Assembly: GCA_963693365.1 (NCBI GenBank) | Contig: CAVNZM010000005.1 | Coordinates: 682,001-746,000 of the forward strand | Source: Amoebidium appalachense | Lineage: Eukaryota; Protista; Ichthyosporea | Length of the DNA: 64,000 bases | Direction: 5' to 3' | In this document: positions 16,446 through 37,712 of the stretch, piece after piece | Position numbering within the stretch: the stretch's first letter is position 1 | Layout: each line of letters starts with the position of its first letter | Translations under genes and position numbers: made by a program | The notes under the pieces: generated by a model | Databases searched by the model: none | What the model saw: the letters and a program-made list of their open reading frames with translations, nothing else | What the model was told of the DNA's origin: nothing

Positions 16446-19400
16446 TCAGTCACGGAGACTGAGGTTGGCACGGTGTGTGTCGTGGGCCGGACCAGCCAGA
16501 GGCTTGGTGAAGATGTCGGCCAGGTTCTTCTTGGTGTCGATGTAGGTGACAGTGACGTCCCCACTGTTGATGTAGTCCTTGGTGTTGAAGTAACGAACGG
16601 CAATGTGCTTGGTCCGGTGCTTGATGGTGTTGGAGTGGACCAGAGCAATGGTGGACTGATTGTCACAGTACACGGGGGTGGGCTCGGTCATGGGGTAGCC
16701 CAGCTCCTTTAGTAGATCACGGTGCCAGACAACATCTTGCACGGCAGCATTGAGGGCCAGGAGCTCGGCCTCACACGTGGAAGTTGCAGTGATCGTCTGC
16801 AGCTTGGAGTGGTAGGTGACGGGGGTGCCTTCGAGGAGGATGACGTACCCAGACGTGGAACGACGGGTGGTGGGGCAACCAGCAAAGTCAGAATCCGAGT
16901 AGCACTCAAGGATGGGCACCTTGCTGTTGGGGGCCTTCTTCTTGTAGTAGAGGCCGAGGTTGATGGTGCCGAGCAGGTAACGAACGACACGGAGGAGAAG
17001 CTCCCAGGCAGTCTTGGTGGGCTTGGAGCTGAATCGGCCGAGGTAGCCAATGGCATACGAGATGTCAGGCCGGGAGCACCGAGCAACCCACAGCAGACGG
17101 CCGAGGAGTTCACGGTAGGGGACGGTGGTGGGCAGGGATGAGAGGGAGGTCTCGTTGATGATGGTGCCCACGGGAATAGGGGTGGCCTTAGGCTTGGCAT
17201 CGACCAGGTTGAAGTCGGTGATGATGTCCTTGATGTAGGAGGACTGCAGCAGCTTGAGGGAGTCACGGGTGTACAGCAGTTGGGTGCCGAGGAAGATGTC
17301 TGGCAGACCGACCTTGCACTCGGCAGACTTCGTGATGTGACGAACAAGCCCCTGCATGATGGTGGAGTGCCGTGTGCAGGTGATGATGGCATCATCAACG
17401 TAGTTGCCAGAACGGATGATGTGCCCGTTGGGGAACTGACGGAAGTAGACACACGGATCGGAACGGAGACGGGTGAGGCCGTGGGCAATGAGAATGGAGT
17501 TGAAGAACTCGTACCATGCCAGGGATGCCTGCTTGAGTCCGTAGATGGCCTTCTTGAGTTTCCAGACTTTGTGTTCATTGCCAGGGAGGATAAAACCAGG
17601 AGGTTGCTCCATGTACAAAGTCTCGTCGAGGGGGCTGTTGAGGAAGGCCGTGCTGATGTCGAGTTGATGGATCTCGTGGTCCTGTTGCACACCGAGGGCA
17701 AGCAGGGCACGGACGGAGGAGGACATGACGACGGGGGAAGAGTTTTCACCGTAGTCAACACCGTAGACTTGGGTGAAACCCTTGGCCACACCACGACCCT
17801 TGATCTTGGTGTCACCAGCAGAGTTGAGGACCTTCTCCGTGACAATCCACTTGAATCGGATGATGTTGGCATCGGAGGGGGGCTCAACTACGTCGAAGAT
17901 GTCCTTGTCGATGAAAGCCTTGTACTCGGCAGTGAGGGCAGTCACCACTTCATCACCCTTGGTGCCAGAGCACAGCTTCTGAATTGACCGGGGCAGCTGA
18001 GACACATCAAGGCTGGGTCGGGAGATGCTCACCATAGCCATTGCAGGCCGGGAGGAGAGACGGGAGGAACGACGGGGAACGGTACGGAGGGGCTCAGGGG
18101 CCGGGGGGTTGTCTGGGACAGACACTCGGTGGTCGGGGATGGGGGCCTGGAAGCCAGGGATGGGTGCCGTGTTGAGGGGGGAGTCGGATAACACGGGGCT
18201 GGACGGGGCCGAGTGGAACTCCGGAGACCCAGGACGAACCGGGGTGAGATGACCAGGTACGTGGTCATTGACGGCAGGGGCCGGCAGCAGGGGTTGCTGA
18301 CCGGTGGGGGGGGGGGGTGGGTGGAGCCACGGGGGCAGGTACACGACGGGGGGAACGACGGATAATCACCGACGGAATTTCATCGTCATCGGAATTGGAA
18401 TTTCCGGAATGCAGGGATGGATCGATTGAGGTCGTCTGATTGGTGGCCTGCACAGAAATCTGATTGGATGCCGTGGTGAATTGTGATTCGTCGAAGACGA
18501 CATCGCGGTAGAGGTTGACCGTGTTGCCACGTAGATTCATGATCTTGTGGGCTTTGTTGGTGATATCCCAGCCCACGTAGGTGCCGAGTTTGACGGTAGA
18601 GGCCAACTTGTCTCGTTTGGATGCAGGGACGTGTACATAGGCTGGGCAGCCGAACACGTGCAGGTGGGAGATGTCAGGCTTGACACCGTAGAAAATTTCA
18701 AACGGTGTACGGCCATTGGCAGCTCTGGCCGGGGTCACGTTGATGATGTAGGCAGCATGCTTGAGAGCAGCTCCCCACAGTTTGGGGGAAAGGGAGTCGG
18801 CCTTGTCCTGATGAAGGAAGCACCGAACGATCTCCTGCAGATCCCTCATCTTACGTTCAACGAAGCCGTTGAGTTGGGGGCAGTCAACCGGGGCAAATTC
18901 CTGAATGATGCCCTTGGACTGGCAGTACTGCTCCATAGCGTGGGAGGTGAACTCGGACCCAGAGTCTGAACGGAAGTGGGTCACCACCTTGTCGGGTTGC
19001 TTGTCAGTAGTCTCAACCAGGGCCTTGACGTATTCGAGAGTTTCGGATCGATCACGGAGGAGGTACACGATGGTGTAGCCGGAGGCATCACAGGTACACA
19101 CGAGGGCCACCTTGTAGCCACCATAGGAGGCACAGGGAGGCTCGAAGAAGTCCATGTGCCACTTGGCACCGGGGAAGGGGCACTGGGTTCTGGTGCCGGA
19201 GAATGGGGCCTTGGTGGTCTTGCCGGAGACACAACCGAAGCAGTCAGTGGTGTCAGCCACTGAGAGGGATGAGGGGAGGCCTGTCACGAGGTCACCTCTC
19301 ACCATCTTGGTGAGGGTGGACAGGGCACGATGGCCGAGACGGTGGTGCCAGAGCTGAGGATCATTGTTGACCTTGACGTTGGCTACCAGAGCAGTGACGG

Positions 19401-20868
19401 TCCGAGGGATGGAGGGACGTATCTCATAGTCAGTGATGAAGTACAGTCCATCTGTGCCTGTGAGGGAACACACGATGTTGCCACCACGAGTGTAGAGGTA
19501 TGATGGGAATGCATCCTCATCATCGAGGTGGGCAAGGAGACCCGACTTGGAGGCCATTGAGGGTGATATCAGGAAGGCTGGGGAGTCGGGTACATAGAGG
19601 GTGTTGAGGCTCAGTACTGATGTTACTCCGTTGTAGGTGACGGCCAGGTTGATGACACCACGGTGATGTGCAGTGACGATGCCGAGGCCGTGGACGTCAG
19701 TCGGGGGGCATGGCTCAAGAGTAGAGAAGTACTCTTTTACTGGGCACACGTGGACGTTTGAAGCCGAGTCCCAGCAGGGGTCCATGGGTAGGGAGGCCGT
19801 GGTGGACACGAGGGCAAAATGCACCTCTTTTCCAGACTTGGTGTTGGCACGGTGACGACGGGCAATTGAGCAGCCAGGTTTGTCACACTGTGTGACATGA
19901 TGGTCTTCGTGACAGTAGGCACAGTCGAGGGAGCCAGTGGTCTTGGCTCGGGGTGGCTGGGAATGACGGTTACCCCCTTTACGTGGGGGGTAGGGTGACC
20001 GGGAACGATAGCCGGGGGAACGGGACCGTGAGTAATCACGGTCAACTGAGGGGGATCGATCGGTGGGACGACCGCGGGGGTGACGGGAGACGGAGCTGTC
20101 ACGTCGGGGGATCCGGTGTCTGAGGTCGTCCTTGGTGAGTACACGGCTTTGCAGGGCACGTGCTGTTCGGACGGTGGAGGAGGACCCGGACCCAGAGTCG
20201 ATGAGACCTTCACGGATCTCTGCAGCTCTGATGTCACTGATTAGACGGTTGTAGGTCTCGTAGTTAATGGTACGACGGAAGTAGTCGGCAATCATGGCCT
20301 GGATGTCGGTACAAACTAACTTACGGTTCTTCTTGAGGTGGATGAAGAAGTTATCAACCATAGTCTTGTGAGGAATGGGCTCTTCGAGGATGTGCAGGGT
20401 AGTGCACAGACGGCGTGCCATGGTGAGGTAGGCCGTGACGGTCTTGAAGTCTTTGAGTTCAAGCTCATGGTAGTCGAGGAGGATTTGACGAGCACGATCT
20501 TCACGTTCAGCCGCATAGGTCATACGGAGGTTGTGGAAAGCTTGGGCAGGTGACACATCATCGTGGATTTGACCAGAGTTATACAGCTCATCATTGGAGA
20601 CGAGTTGAGTAAACATCTGTTCAAGGAGGTTGGAAGCCTCGGTGTAGGCCTCCTCAGTGTCGTAGCCGTGCCACTCATTCTCGTCGGAAGGGTCGACCCA
20701 CTCGGGGGCCTTGATGACGGGCACTAACTTGGCCGCGGTGGTGGTACGTAGGTACCGGAAGATGACGGGTTCCCACTCATAATAGGTGAGACGTTTGCCG
20801 GACTTCTTGTCCGTGGTGTCATCCCCTTTCCAGGGGGTGAGGTTGAGATACGCAGGTTTCTCCGACAT
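16446..20868 (-). CDS. Copia gag-pol polyprotein (Gag, zinc knuckle, protease, integrase, RT, RNase H), with one frameshift in a homopolymer near 18310
   Basis: Zinc knuckle CAYCHEDHHVTQC; protease WDSASNVH; LWHHRLGH...CFGC; integrase WHMDF, RSDSGSEF and NGFVER; RT KGRGVAKGFTQVYGVDY, QLDISTAFLN, LKKAIYGLKQAS and YVDD; RNase H YSDSDFAG...RTKHI...NLADIFTKPL. ORFs 18265-20877 and 16446-18344 overlap across a G-run. Confidence 0.95.
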
Positions 20869-20973
20869 GGTGATCAATCAGTCAGATGATGCGTGAGAGA
20901 GGAATCAGATCGGTATTCAAATTTGAATATTTTTGATTGCAGCGAGAGTATGTGTTGCGAGAGCGTGCGAAAA

Positions 20974-20986
20974 TGGGCCTTTAACC
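20974..20986 (-). promoter_or_regulatory. Copia-type primer binding site GGTTAAAGGCCCA
   Basis: Directly follows the ...CAACA end of the 5' LTR on the minus strand. Variant of the copia PBS GGTTATGGGCCCAG (internal tRNA-iMet half-molecule priming). Confidence 0.75.
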
Positions 20987-21355
20987 TGTTGTTTTTGTAC
21001 GGGTCTAAGGGAGCAGAGTGCACAGAGGTGTCATGTAAAACACGACTAACACATTAATGAGAGGGCAATCGGAGTTGTTCACGAGACATTGAAAGATTTC
21101 AAACAACAACTGATTCTTTATTGTGCTCTCGGTTCCTTTTGTACTTGCGACTTATCACCTTATCACAACTAAAGAGGGAGAACCAATCGGTTCTATCAGA
21201 AGATAGAAAAACACATTCCGACAGAGCAAAAAAAACAAAACCCCCCCCCCCATTACGCATTCCAACTTCCGATTAAACTAAAGTGTAGAAACTCTTACTT
21301 AAATAAATTAAGTAATTATACATCTAGTCACTATCAACTCAATATATATTTATTC
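20987..21355 (-). repeat. Copia-1 5' LTR remnant
   Basis: Matches 14831-~15180, with an A/C-run insertion near 21229-21253, then degrades. Confidence 0.9.
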
Positions 21356-21614
21356 TTAAAAAATATAAATACAAATTCCTCCGCCCCAGTAACACAACCA
21401 CACAACACCCCCTGCCCCACCGCCCCCAGAAAAAAAAAACAAACCAAAAAAAAAGGGGGGGGAAAAAAAAAAAACCCAAACACACCACACAAACACACAC
21501 CCACACACACACACACCCAACACAAACACACACACCCCCAACACACACAACACCCCCACCACCCCACCCCACCCCAGCACCACGGAAAGACGCTGAAAAA
21601 GCCCAGGCCGCACC

Positions 21615-31238
<9,624 letters not shown>

Positions 31239-32837
31239 GGCGTTAAAATTAAAACCCATGATGGGCTCGACGGGTATCAGTCTGGTGCTAGAACGGTAGC
31301 TGAAGTAGTAATCGAGCCTTATCAGTGCCAAACGGTACGTGTCCGGGCCGGCAATCTAAGTTAGGATAGGGGATTTAGGGGTTTTTACTCCGAAAACCCC
31401 ATTTCAGGAGGTGGCTCAATGGACCCTTAGTAGGGTATGGCCGGATAACACAATAGAAATAGAATTAGTGAATCCGGGCATCGAGCCTATAGTGATTAGG
31501 TCAGGTGTTTCCGTCGGTAGTTTCACTAATGAGATTGGTAGTATAGAGGTCTCTCTTATTACCCAAAAGGAGGATGCCGGCTCGAAGGGTGACTCAGGAG
31601 GAGGGGGAACAACTTTATTTAACGATAGCCACCAAAATGTCACCCGACACGATGGGGGGGGGGGACCGGGACAGCACCGGTCCCACTCCCCCGACCCCCA
31701 AGAGGAAGGAGGGTCACCCCGGGTGTGAGAATGTGCAGGCAGGGGGGGAGGGTGTTGGTCTAACCCGTGGATCTGACGGGTTAACCAACACCGTGGGGGG
31801 CAGGGTGGCCACAGACCTGGCCCCCCACATACATGCACTAACTCATCAGGAATCGCCCGGGGGCATGGGTGTGCCGGGGGGAGGGGGGGGTGCTAAGGGT
31901 GACCGCCTATATCCGGAAGTACCTCAACCTCACCCCGAGCAGCACCGATGTAATACAGGAGGTGAAATGTTAAGTGGCACTCCGGTGAATAAGGATGCAT
32001 CCACTTGTGATGGGGGTAACCCGGAGTTAGTATTGCCGTTTGGTATGAAGGAGGGGGATTGGACGGTAGAACAGAAAAAATTATTAGCTAAGTTATTTGA
32101 TAGGACTCGGTTTGCATTTCTGGCCGATGATAACGAAGTAGGCTTCGTTAAAGGGTTTGAAATGCAGATCGACACAGGTGATAATAGGCCGGTAGTGATG
32201 CCTAGCTATAGAATGGAGCAGTATAAATTGTCGGATGCGCTAATAATAGTGAGTGATATGTTAAAAAAGGGTCATGTGGAGCATAGTTCGAGTCCGTGGA
32301 GAAGTCCGGTGCTATTGGTTAAGAAGCCCGACGGGTCTTGGCGTCTAGTGAACGATTACAGGGCTCTGAATCGGATCACTAAGGCAGACCAATGGCCTCT
32401 CCCTAACATAGACGAGCAGCTTTCACAGCTGCACGGCTATACTCACTTTGCTAAACTTGATTTAAAAGCAGCTTTTTGGCAGATAAGGTTGGAGGAGAGC
32501 AGCAAGGAGAAGACTGCCTTTGCACTGGGTGACCAGCTGTTCCAGTACAAGGCGGTGCCGATGGGTTTGCTCTCCTCTCCAGCTATGTTGTGCCGGGTAA
32601 TGTATAAAATTCTCCACCCTCATTTGGATGTATGCCACCCTTATTTGGATGATGTTTTAATTAAAGGTAGGTCATAGTTGAGGAGTTAGTTAATAATTGT
32701 GAAAAAGTATTTTCAGCTTTGGGTGAGTCTGGTCTTCGTATTAGCGGTAGCAAGACTGTGATTGGTGTGCCGGGGGTTAAGTTTTTAGGTCATATTGTGT
32801 CTAGTAATGGTCTTTCCCCTGATCCGGAGAAAATCCG
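31239..32837 (+). pseudogene. Gypsy pol: post-protease spacer and reverse transcriptase, disrupted
   Basis: SSSPWRSPVLLVKKPDGSWRLVNDYRALN, KLDLKAAFWQI, PMGL and YLDDVLI. After a frameshift near 32675 it continues VKFLGHIVSSNGLSPDPEKI, then is cut by the Copia-2 LTR at 32838. Confidence 0.92.
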
Positions 32838-33158
32838 TGTCGAACAGGATAGCCATCCGGTATGCCCTGCGTTAGCGTAGCACTAGTGATCGGGAATATT
32901 CGAGATATTCGGGATAAACTGGTGGATACTATGTTCACGATAGATCAGGATAGATCTAGAAGAGTCTAGAAGATTCTATTGGAGTGCTTTGATTGTAGCG
33001 ACTAGATCCATAGCGGCGGGTAGACCAATCGGGAATAGTATGTAACATTCCAGTGAGCCAGACCACAAGTATATAAAGGTCCCGGCGGGCCAGTCAATGC
33101 AAGTCAGCAAATAATGAAGTCTCACAGAGAAACCTCTAAGTTACGGTTATGGGCCCAG
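32838..33158 (+). mobile_element. Copia-2 5' LTR (32838-33144) and PBS GGTTATGGGCCCAG (33145-33158)
   Basis: Starts with TGT at the break in the Gypsy RT. TATA-like gtatataaagg near 33069. Canonical copia PBS 35 bp before the gag ATG. No second LTR is present. Confidence 0.8.
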
Positions 33159-33192
33159 TACAACGCTACGATCAAGCGACTGTTGAGACAAG

Positions 33193-34911
33193 ATGGGAAG
33201 AGCAAAATGTCCAGTTCCCATGTATGAAGGAGAAGGCAAGGGCAAAATCTCCTACTCAATGTGGGCCATGCGCATGAAGTGCTTCCTCGAGGGCGAGGAA
33301 TTATGGTACACGATTGAAGACGTGGCTCCTGAAGTGATAGGAGAGGACGGCGAACCGGTGGAGCAACCTCCGGTGGAGATCGACCCCTTGGATCAGAAGA
33401 AGGCGACTTCCTACCTGGTGGAGACACTCGGTGATGTACCTGCAAGCCTGTGTCGGCGAGCTATTGCCGTAGGAAATCCCAAGGACATATGGGATACGGT
33501 AGCATCATACGCTGCGCGCAACACAGATGAGCACAAGAGAATGTTGATTCAACAGTTCTGGCGTGCTGATATGATGCCGACGGAAAGCGTGCTGGAGTAT
33601 GCGGCCCGCCTGGAGTGCATTGTGCAGGATCTTCTTCATATCGATCCCAATGGAGTTAGTGAGGACATGGTTGCCGAGAAATTCCTGGACGGTGTAGGCG
33701 CTGACGACCGATTCCGCACCGACGTTAGGACCATTCAAGCTTTACCAGCAGCTGAGAAGACAATGGAAAAGATAATCGCCAAGCTGCGTGGTTTTGAGGA
33801 GAACGAGGCTGCAAGGGAACAGCAGCGGGTGATGATGACCAGCACCCAATGGCGCGGCGGTACGCCACGACAGGACACCGGCAAGCCGCGCGTGACTGAC
33901 ATATCCAAGGTGGAGTGTTACAAATGTCACAAGTTTGGGCACTACAAGTCACAGTGTCCAAAGAAGAAGAAGGGCGGCAATCGCGGCGACAAGGCGAAGC
34001 AGAACGGAGCATCCAAGGAGATACTCGCCATGGCGGTAAACAGCGGACTCCCTTCTTCAACTGAGTGGTATTGGGACTGCGGCGCAACCTCCCATGTCAC
34101 ATGCCGAAAGGACTGGATGGAAGACTTCCGGTCGATCACACCCAAACCCGTCGCTCTGGGTAACACCCCGGGTGTGATGGCGCTAGGAATAGGCGTCGTA
34201 AGATTAACAAGTGAGTTCCAGGGCAACAGCATGACATTTAGACTGCAGAATGTGCTGTACGTGCCAGCATTTGGAACTAACGTGATGTCGGCTTCAAGCG
34301 CCGGCAAGCACGGGTTAAGAGGCATCACCGACGGTCGACAGTGTACGATTGAGAGTGCCACAGATGGCCAAGTTGTGGCCCGTGGGGTAGTGGAGGGAGG
34401 CCTGTATCATCTCCTAGTGAAACCCATATGTGAGAGCGTGAACATGGTGACCACTGCAGTCGGCAGTGATGCAAGTAAGGTTGCTGAGGGGGCCGTGTTA
34501 TATCAAGTGCAGGAGGGGCAGGATAGAGTGATTGCTTATGCTAGTCGTTCATTTAGTAAAGGTGAACGTAGATATAGCAATCCGGAGAGAGAGTCCCATG
34601 CTATCTTTTGGGCAGTCTCACAGGTATGGAGGTATATACTCGCAGGCAGGACGTTTGAGGTCTACACCGACCACAAACCCTGCCTAGCCATGGCCGGCAC
34701 CACTCGTCTGGTCAACGAGAGGATGCAGAAGTGGGCCGCGGCTCTCGGTGAGTTCTCCTATAAATTGTTTTATGCCAAGGGTGAAACAATGGTTGACTGT
34801 GATGCTCTCTCTCGTGCTGCTTATATTTTGTTTGAAGAAGAGAAGGAGGGGGAGGGGGGGGGGCTAGTGAGAGACGGGGGGGGGGAGGGGGGGAAGGGGG
34901 GGGGAGAGTGA
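33193..34911 (+). CDS. Chimeric ORF: Copia Gag-zinc knuckle-protease fused in frame to Gypsy RNase H
   Basis: Copia part: YSMWAMRMKCFLEGEELW, CYKCHKFGHYKSQC, WYWDCGATSHV, LQNVLYVP, GGLYHL. After ~34460, Gypsy RNase H: SDASKVAEGAVLYQ...VIAYASRSFSKGERRYSNPERE...FEVYTDHKP...DALSR. Confidence 0.88.
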   Translation: MGRAKCPVPMYEGEGKGKISYSMWAMRMKCFLEGEELWYTIEDVAPEVIGEDGEPVEQPPVEIDPLDQKKATSYLVETLGDVPASLCRRAIAVGNPKDIWDTVASYAARNTDEHKRMLIQQFWRADMMPTESVLEYAARLECIVQDLLHIDPNGVSEDMVAEKFLDGVGADDRFRTDVRTIQALPAAEKTMEKIIAKLRGFEENEAAREQQRVMMTSTQWRGGTPRQDTGKPRVTDISKVECYKCHKFGHYKSQCPKKKKGGNRGDKAKQNGASKEILAMAVNSGLPSSTEWYWDCGATSHVTCRKDWMEDFRSITPKPVALGNTPGVMALGIGVVRLTSEFQGNSMTFRLQNVLYVPAFGTNVMSASSAGKHGLRGITDGRQCTIESATDGQVVARGVVEGGLYHLLVKPICESVNMVTTAVGSDASKVAEGAVLYQVQEGQDRVIAYASRSFSKGERRYSNPERESHAIFWAVSQVWRYILAGRTFEVYTDHKPCLAMAGTTRLVNERMQKWAAALGEFSYKLFYAKGETMVDCDALSRAAYILFEEEKEGEGGGLVRDGGGEGGKGGGE

Positions 34912-34930
34912 GAAGAAAGGAATAGATGCT

Positions 34931-36811
34931 GTGTCTGTTGATGTGTCTTCTTGGGCTCCGGGGTTGCTTGCTTATAAGTGTAGGGGAGGGGGGGGGAGGT
35001 ATTTGTCAGTGTCTGAGGTCGGGACCGAGTCTCATGGCTCGGCCCCTGCCTTAGCACCTACGGCTTTGATCTTAGCTCAGGAGGAAGATGTGTTGATTGG
35101 TCTGGTTAAGAATTATTTAAAGGGGCCGGTTGATTCGATTAAATTTAAAAATAAAAGGCAGATGATTAAGGTAGCTAAGTTAGCAAAAATGTGTCAGGTA
35201 GAGCAGGATTTAGTTTATCATTGTTCTGGGCCAGACGGACACCGAGTTTGGGTCCCGACGGCACTTGTGCCTGAGGTTTTGCATATGGTGCATGAGCATC
35301 CCATGGCTGGTCATTTAGGTGTAAATAGGACGTTGCTTCGTGTTAATCGTTCGTATTTTTGGCCGGGTATGAGTAGGGAGGTGAGGGATTATGTGTTGTC
35401 ATGCATGCATTGTCAGGAAAGGAATGAGAGTCCCCACTCTCGTTCCCGCCCGTCGTTTATTAGGGATTTTAATGTTCGTATGTTTGAAAGGGTAGCAGTG
35501 GATGTGGTCGGTCCTTTTAATTCTACGGTTGAGGGTAACACTGTTCTTGTTACCGTCACCGATGTGGCCACTCGTTGGGTTGAAGTTTTTCCTCTCCCCA
35601 CTGCTAATGCCGTTTTGTTTGCTCGTATTTTTGTGGATGAAATTTGTCTTAGGTTTGGTTGTCCTCGTGTTTTGTTAACGGATAGGAGTCGTGTGTTTTT
35701 AAATCAGTTGGTGTCGGAGGTGTGTAAAATTTTAAGGGTAGCTCATATCACTACGTCTGCATATCACCCTCAAGCAAATGCCATCTCTGAACGTGTGCAT
35801 GCAGTGTTTCAGAAGTCCTTTGGCAAAATGGTGGATGTGGAGGCTAATGATTGGGATCATATGTCTAGGTTTATTGCTCATTCATATAATTCTACCCCTC
35901 ATGCTGTGACTGGTTTTTCTCCGTTTTATTTGGTCTATGGGCAGGAGGCTATTAGTTTGTTAGATACGGCACTTTTGCCGATGGGGGGGGCTGACCGACT
36001 AACCTATCCCCACTGGACTGAGTTCCGGGAGCAGCTACTAACCCGGGCCCGGGCTGCACGTGATGCAGCTCTGGCCCGTACACAGCAGGCACAGACACGG
36101 GCAGACGTGTCCACACGTCCGTTACGTGAATTTGCCGAGGGTACTTTAGTTTTAATTAGGGATCATACTAGGAAAAAGAGATATAAGCAGGAGCAGGAAG
36201 GTAAGGGTGAAGGTGAAGGTCTTCGTAAGTATGGTAAGAAATGGTCGCCTCTTTTCATTGGCCCGTATAAAATAGTGGCTAGGTTAGGTCCGACGGAATA
36301 TAAGGTGCAGAGGTTAGATAATGAGAGTGATGTTAGATTTTATAATGTAGATGATATAAAGGAATATTATGGTAGGGCCCTTAGGGTTAAACGGCCGGAG
36401 GGCCGTCGAGTGTTAGATGCATTCACCCCCGACTATGACGGGTCGGTGGATGTATTGGAGGCTGCAGTGGATAAAATTATGGATACAAAGGTTATCGAAG
36501 GTAAGGAAGGTAAGGTAAATTATTATTTAATTCGTTTTGAGGGAGGTTATCAGGAAGATCAGTGGTTGCCTGAGTTTCATTTGGATTGCCCGTTTTCTAT
36601 TCGTGCTTATGAGGCTAGATTAGTGCAGAGGGAGTTGCCTAGTGCTCCCTCTAGGCCAAAGAGAGTTATTCCTCAGTTTAATCGTGGTGTGAAAAAGTCG
36701 GTGGGGGAGGGGGCCGGGGGGGGAGTGATGCAAATACACGTAGACACACGGGGGGAGGGGGAGGGGGGGAGGAGACCGAGGAGGAGTGTGAACGTAGTCG
36801 TAGGAATTTAA
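34931..36811 (+). CDS. Gypsy integrase (H2C2 zinc finger, DDE core, GPY/F motif) with C-terminal chromodomain-like region
   Basis: HEHPMAGHLG...YFWPGM...CMHCQ; FERVAVDVVGP; LLTDRS; TSAYHPQANAISER; YNSTPH.VTGFSPF; GPYKIV; VDKIMDTKV...YYLIRFEG...DQWLPEFHL. It probably joins the RNase H frame through a G-run frameshift near 34880-34905. Confidence 0.92.
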   Translation: MSVDVSSWAPGLLAYKCRGGGGRYLSVSEVGTESHGSAPALAPTALILAQEEDVLIGLVKNYLKGPVDSIKFKNKRQMIKVAKLAKMCQVEQDLVYHCSGPDGHRVWVPTALVPEVLHMVHEHPMAGHLGVNRTLLRVNRSYFWPGMSREVRDYVLSCMHCQERNESPHSRSRPSFIRDFNVRMFERVAVDVVGPFNSTVEGNTVLVTVTDVATRWVEVFPLPTANAVLFARIFVDEICLRFGCPRVLLTDRSRVFLNQLVSEVCKILRVAHITTSAYHPQANAISERVHAVFQKSFGKMVDVEANDWDHMSRFIAHSYNSTPHAVTGFSPFYLVYGQEAISLLDTALLPMGGADRLTYPHWTEFREQLLTRARAARDAALARTQQAQTRADVSTRPLREFAEGTLVLIRDHTRKKRYKQEQEGKGEGEGLRKYGKKWSPLFIGPYKIVARLGPTEYKVQRLDNESDVRFYNVDDIKEYYGRALRVKRPEGRRVLDAFTPDYDGSVDVLEAAVDKIMDTKVIEGKEGKVNYYLIRFEGGYQEDQWLPEFHLDCPFSIRAYEARLVQRELPSAPSRPKRVIPQFNRGVKKSVGEGAGGGVMQIHVDTRGEGEGGRRPRRSVNVVVGI

Positions 36812-36994
36812 TTTATTATCATAGGTGTCTCCATAGGTATCAAGCTTATGGTGTAGATTAATTTATTTTTTTTCTTCGTAATTTATTTAATTTAATTTTT
36901 TTTAGGAGACTGATTAGTCTATGTCTTTTTAGGGGGTGTTAGATGTAATGTGACTGAGGTGGGACTCAGCTTTTCCGGGGGCCGGGGGGGGAGT

Positions 36995-37712
36995 TGACAT
37001 ATACTAATCCGTCTCAGCAGATTAGCCTAAGTCTACGATCGAGATCGGGGGGGGGGGGGGGGGGGGGGGGGGTGGCCCGGGTCCACAGATCATCAAGATC
37101 AAGTCCGAGGCCTCAAGATAGCTGTACAGCTGCGTGCATCTTGCCTCTGCCGGCGCAGGGCATTGGACCACGTCAGCCGGGGCAGCCGACCAATAGAATT
37201 CTAATTAGTGTGTAGGATAGATCGTAGGAGGACTTAGGAATGTGATTGTTCGGGCAGAAGCCCTTTTGTAAGTATTGGCAAGGTTTGATAGTGTATGTTG
37301 CCAAACGTATTTATATATTTAGATGTAGAGGAAAGGGGGGGAGGGAGGGGGGGGGAGGATAGTATGAAATGTAGATTTAGACTCTGCGGTGCCACTAGGG
37401 GGAGGGTGAGGGGTGAGACATGGATAAATATATTAGTTGAGTAGATCGACTTAGCTCGTGCAGGCGCACGATAAAAGTAGATCGGAATGTTTGGAATGTG
37501 GCATCGTAGGGGGCCAGGTGATGATGATCTTTGAGGGCACGGCCTTGATGGCCTCAGTTGTAACTTAGTCTCATTCCGTACGGATCTAAGTTTGCCCCTC
37601 GGAGCCTGGTCTGAATAAACTTTACCGTTTTTCCGTACACGTTCGTTCCTTTTCGTGTGTGTACACCTAGTAGAGTGCCGCGTCTCTAGTACATATACAT
37701 TAGGATACGACA
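36995..37712 (+). repeat. Gypsy 3' LTR
   Basis: Copy of 13688-14414. Preceded by ggggccgggggggga (PPT) and followed by the TSD TAGGC. Confidence 0.95.

Larger units (their letters stand above)
14831..21355 (-). mobile_element. Ty1/Copia LTR retrotransposon (Copia-1), 5' LTR truncated
   Basis: 3' LTR at 14831-15725 with TGTTG...CAACA ends and a PPT (GAGTGGGGA, minus strand) beside it. A partial LTR copy starts at 20987. Domain order gag-PR-IN-RT-RH. Confidence 0.95.

Noticed and set aside
16709-17987. Long overlapping and antisense ORFs within Copia pol
   Set aside because: Shadow frames caused by GC3-biased codon use; no motifs.
18265-18344. Programmed frameshift between the two Copia-1 ORFs
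   Set aside because: The break lies in a G/C homopolymer between integrase and RT, where Copia elements are normally continuous. A sequencing error or mutation is more likely.
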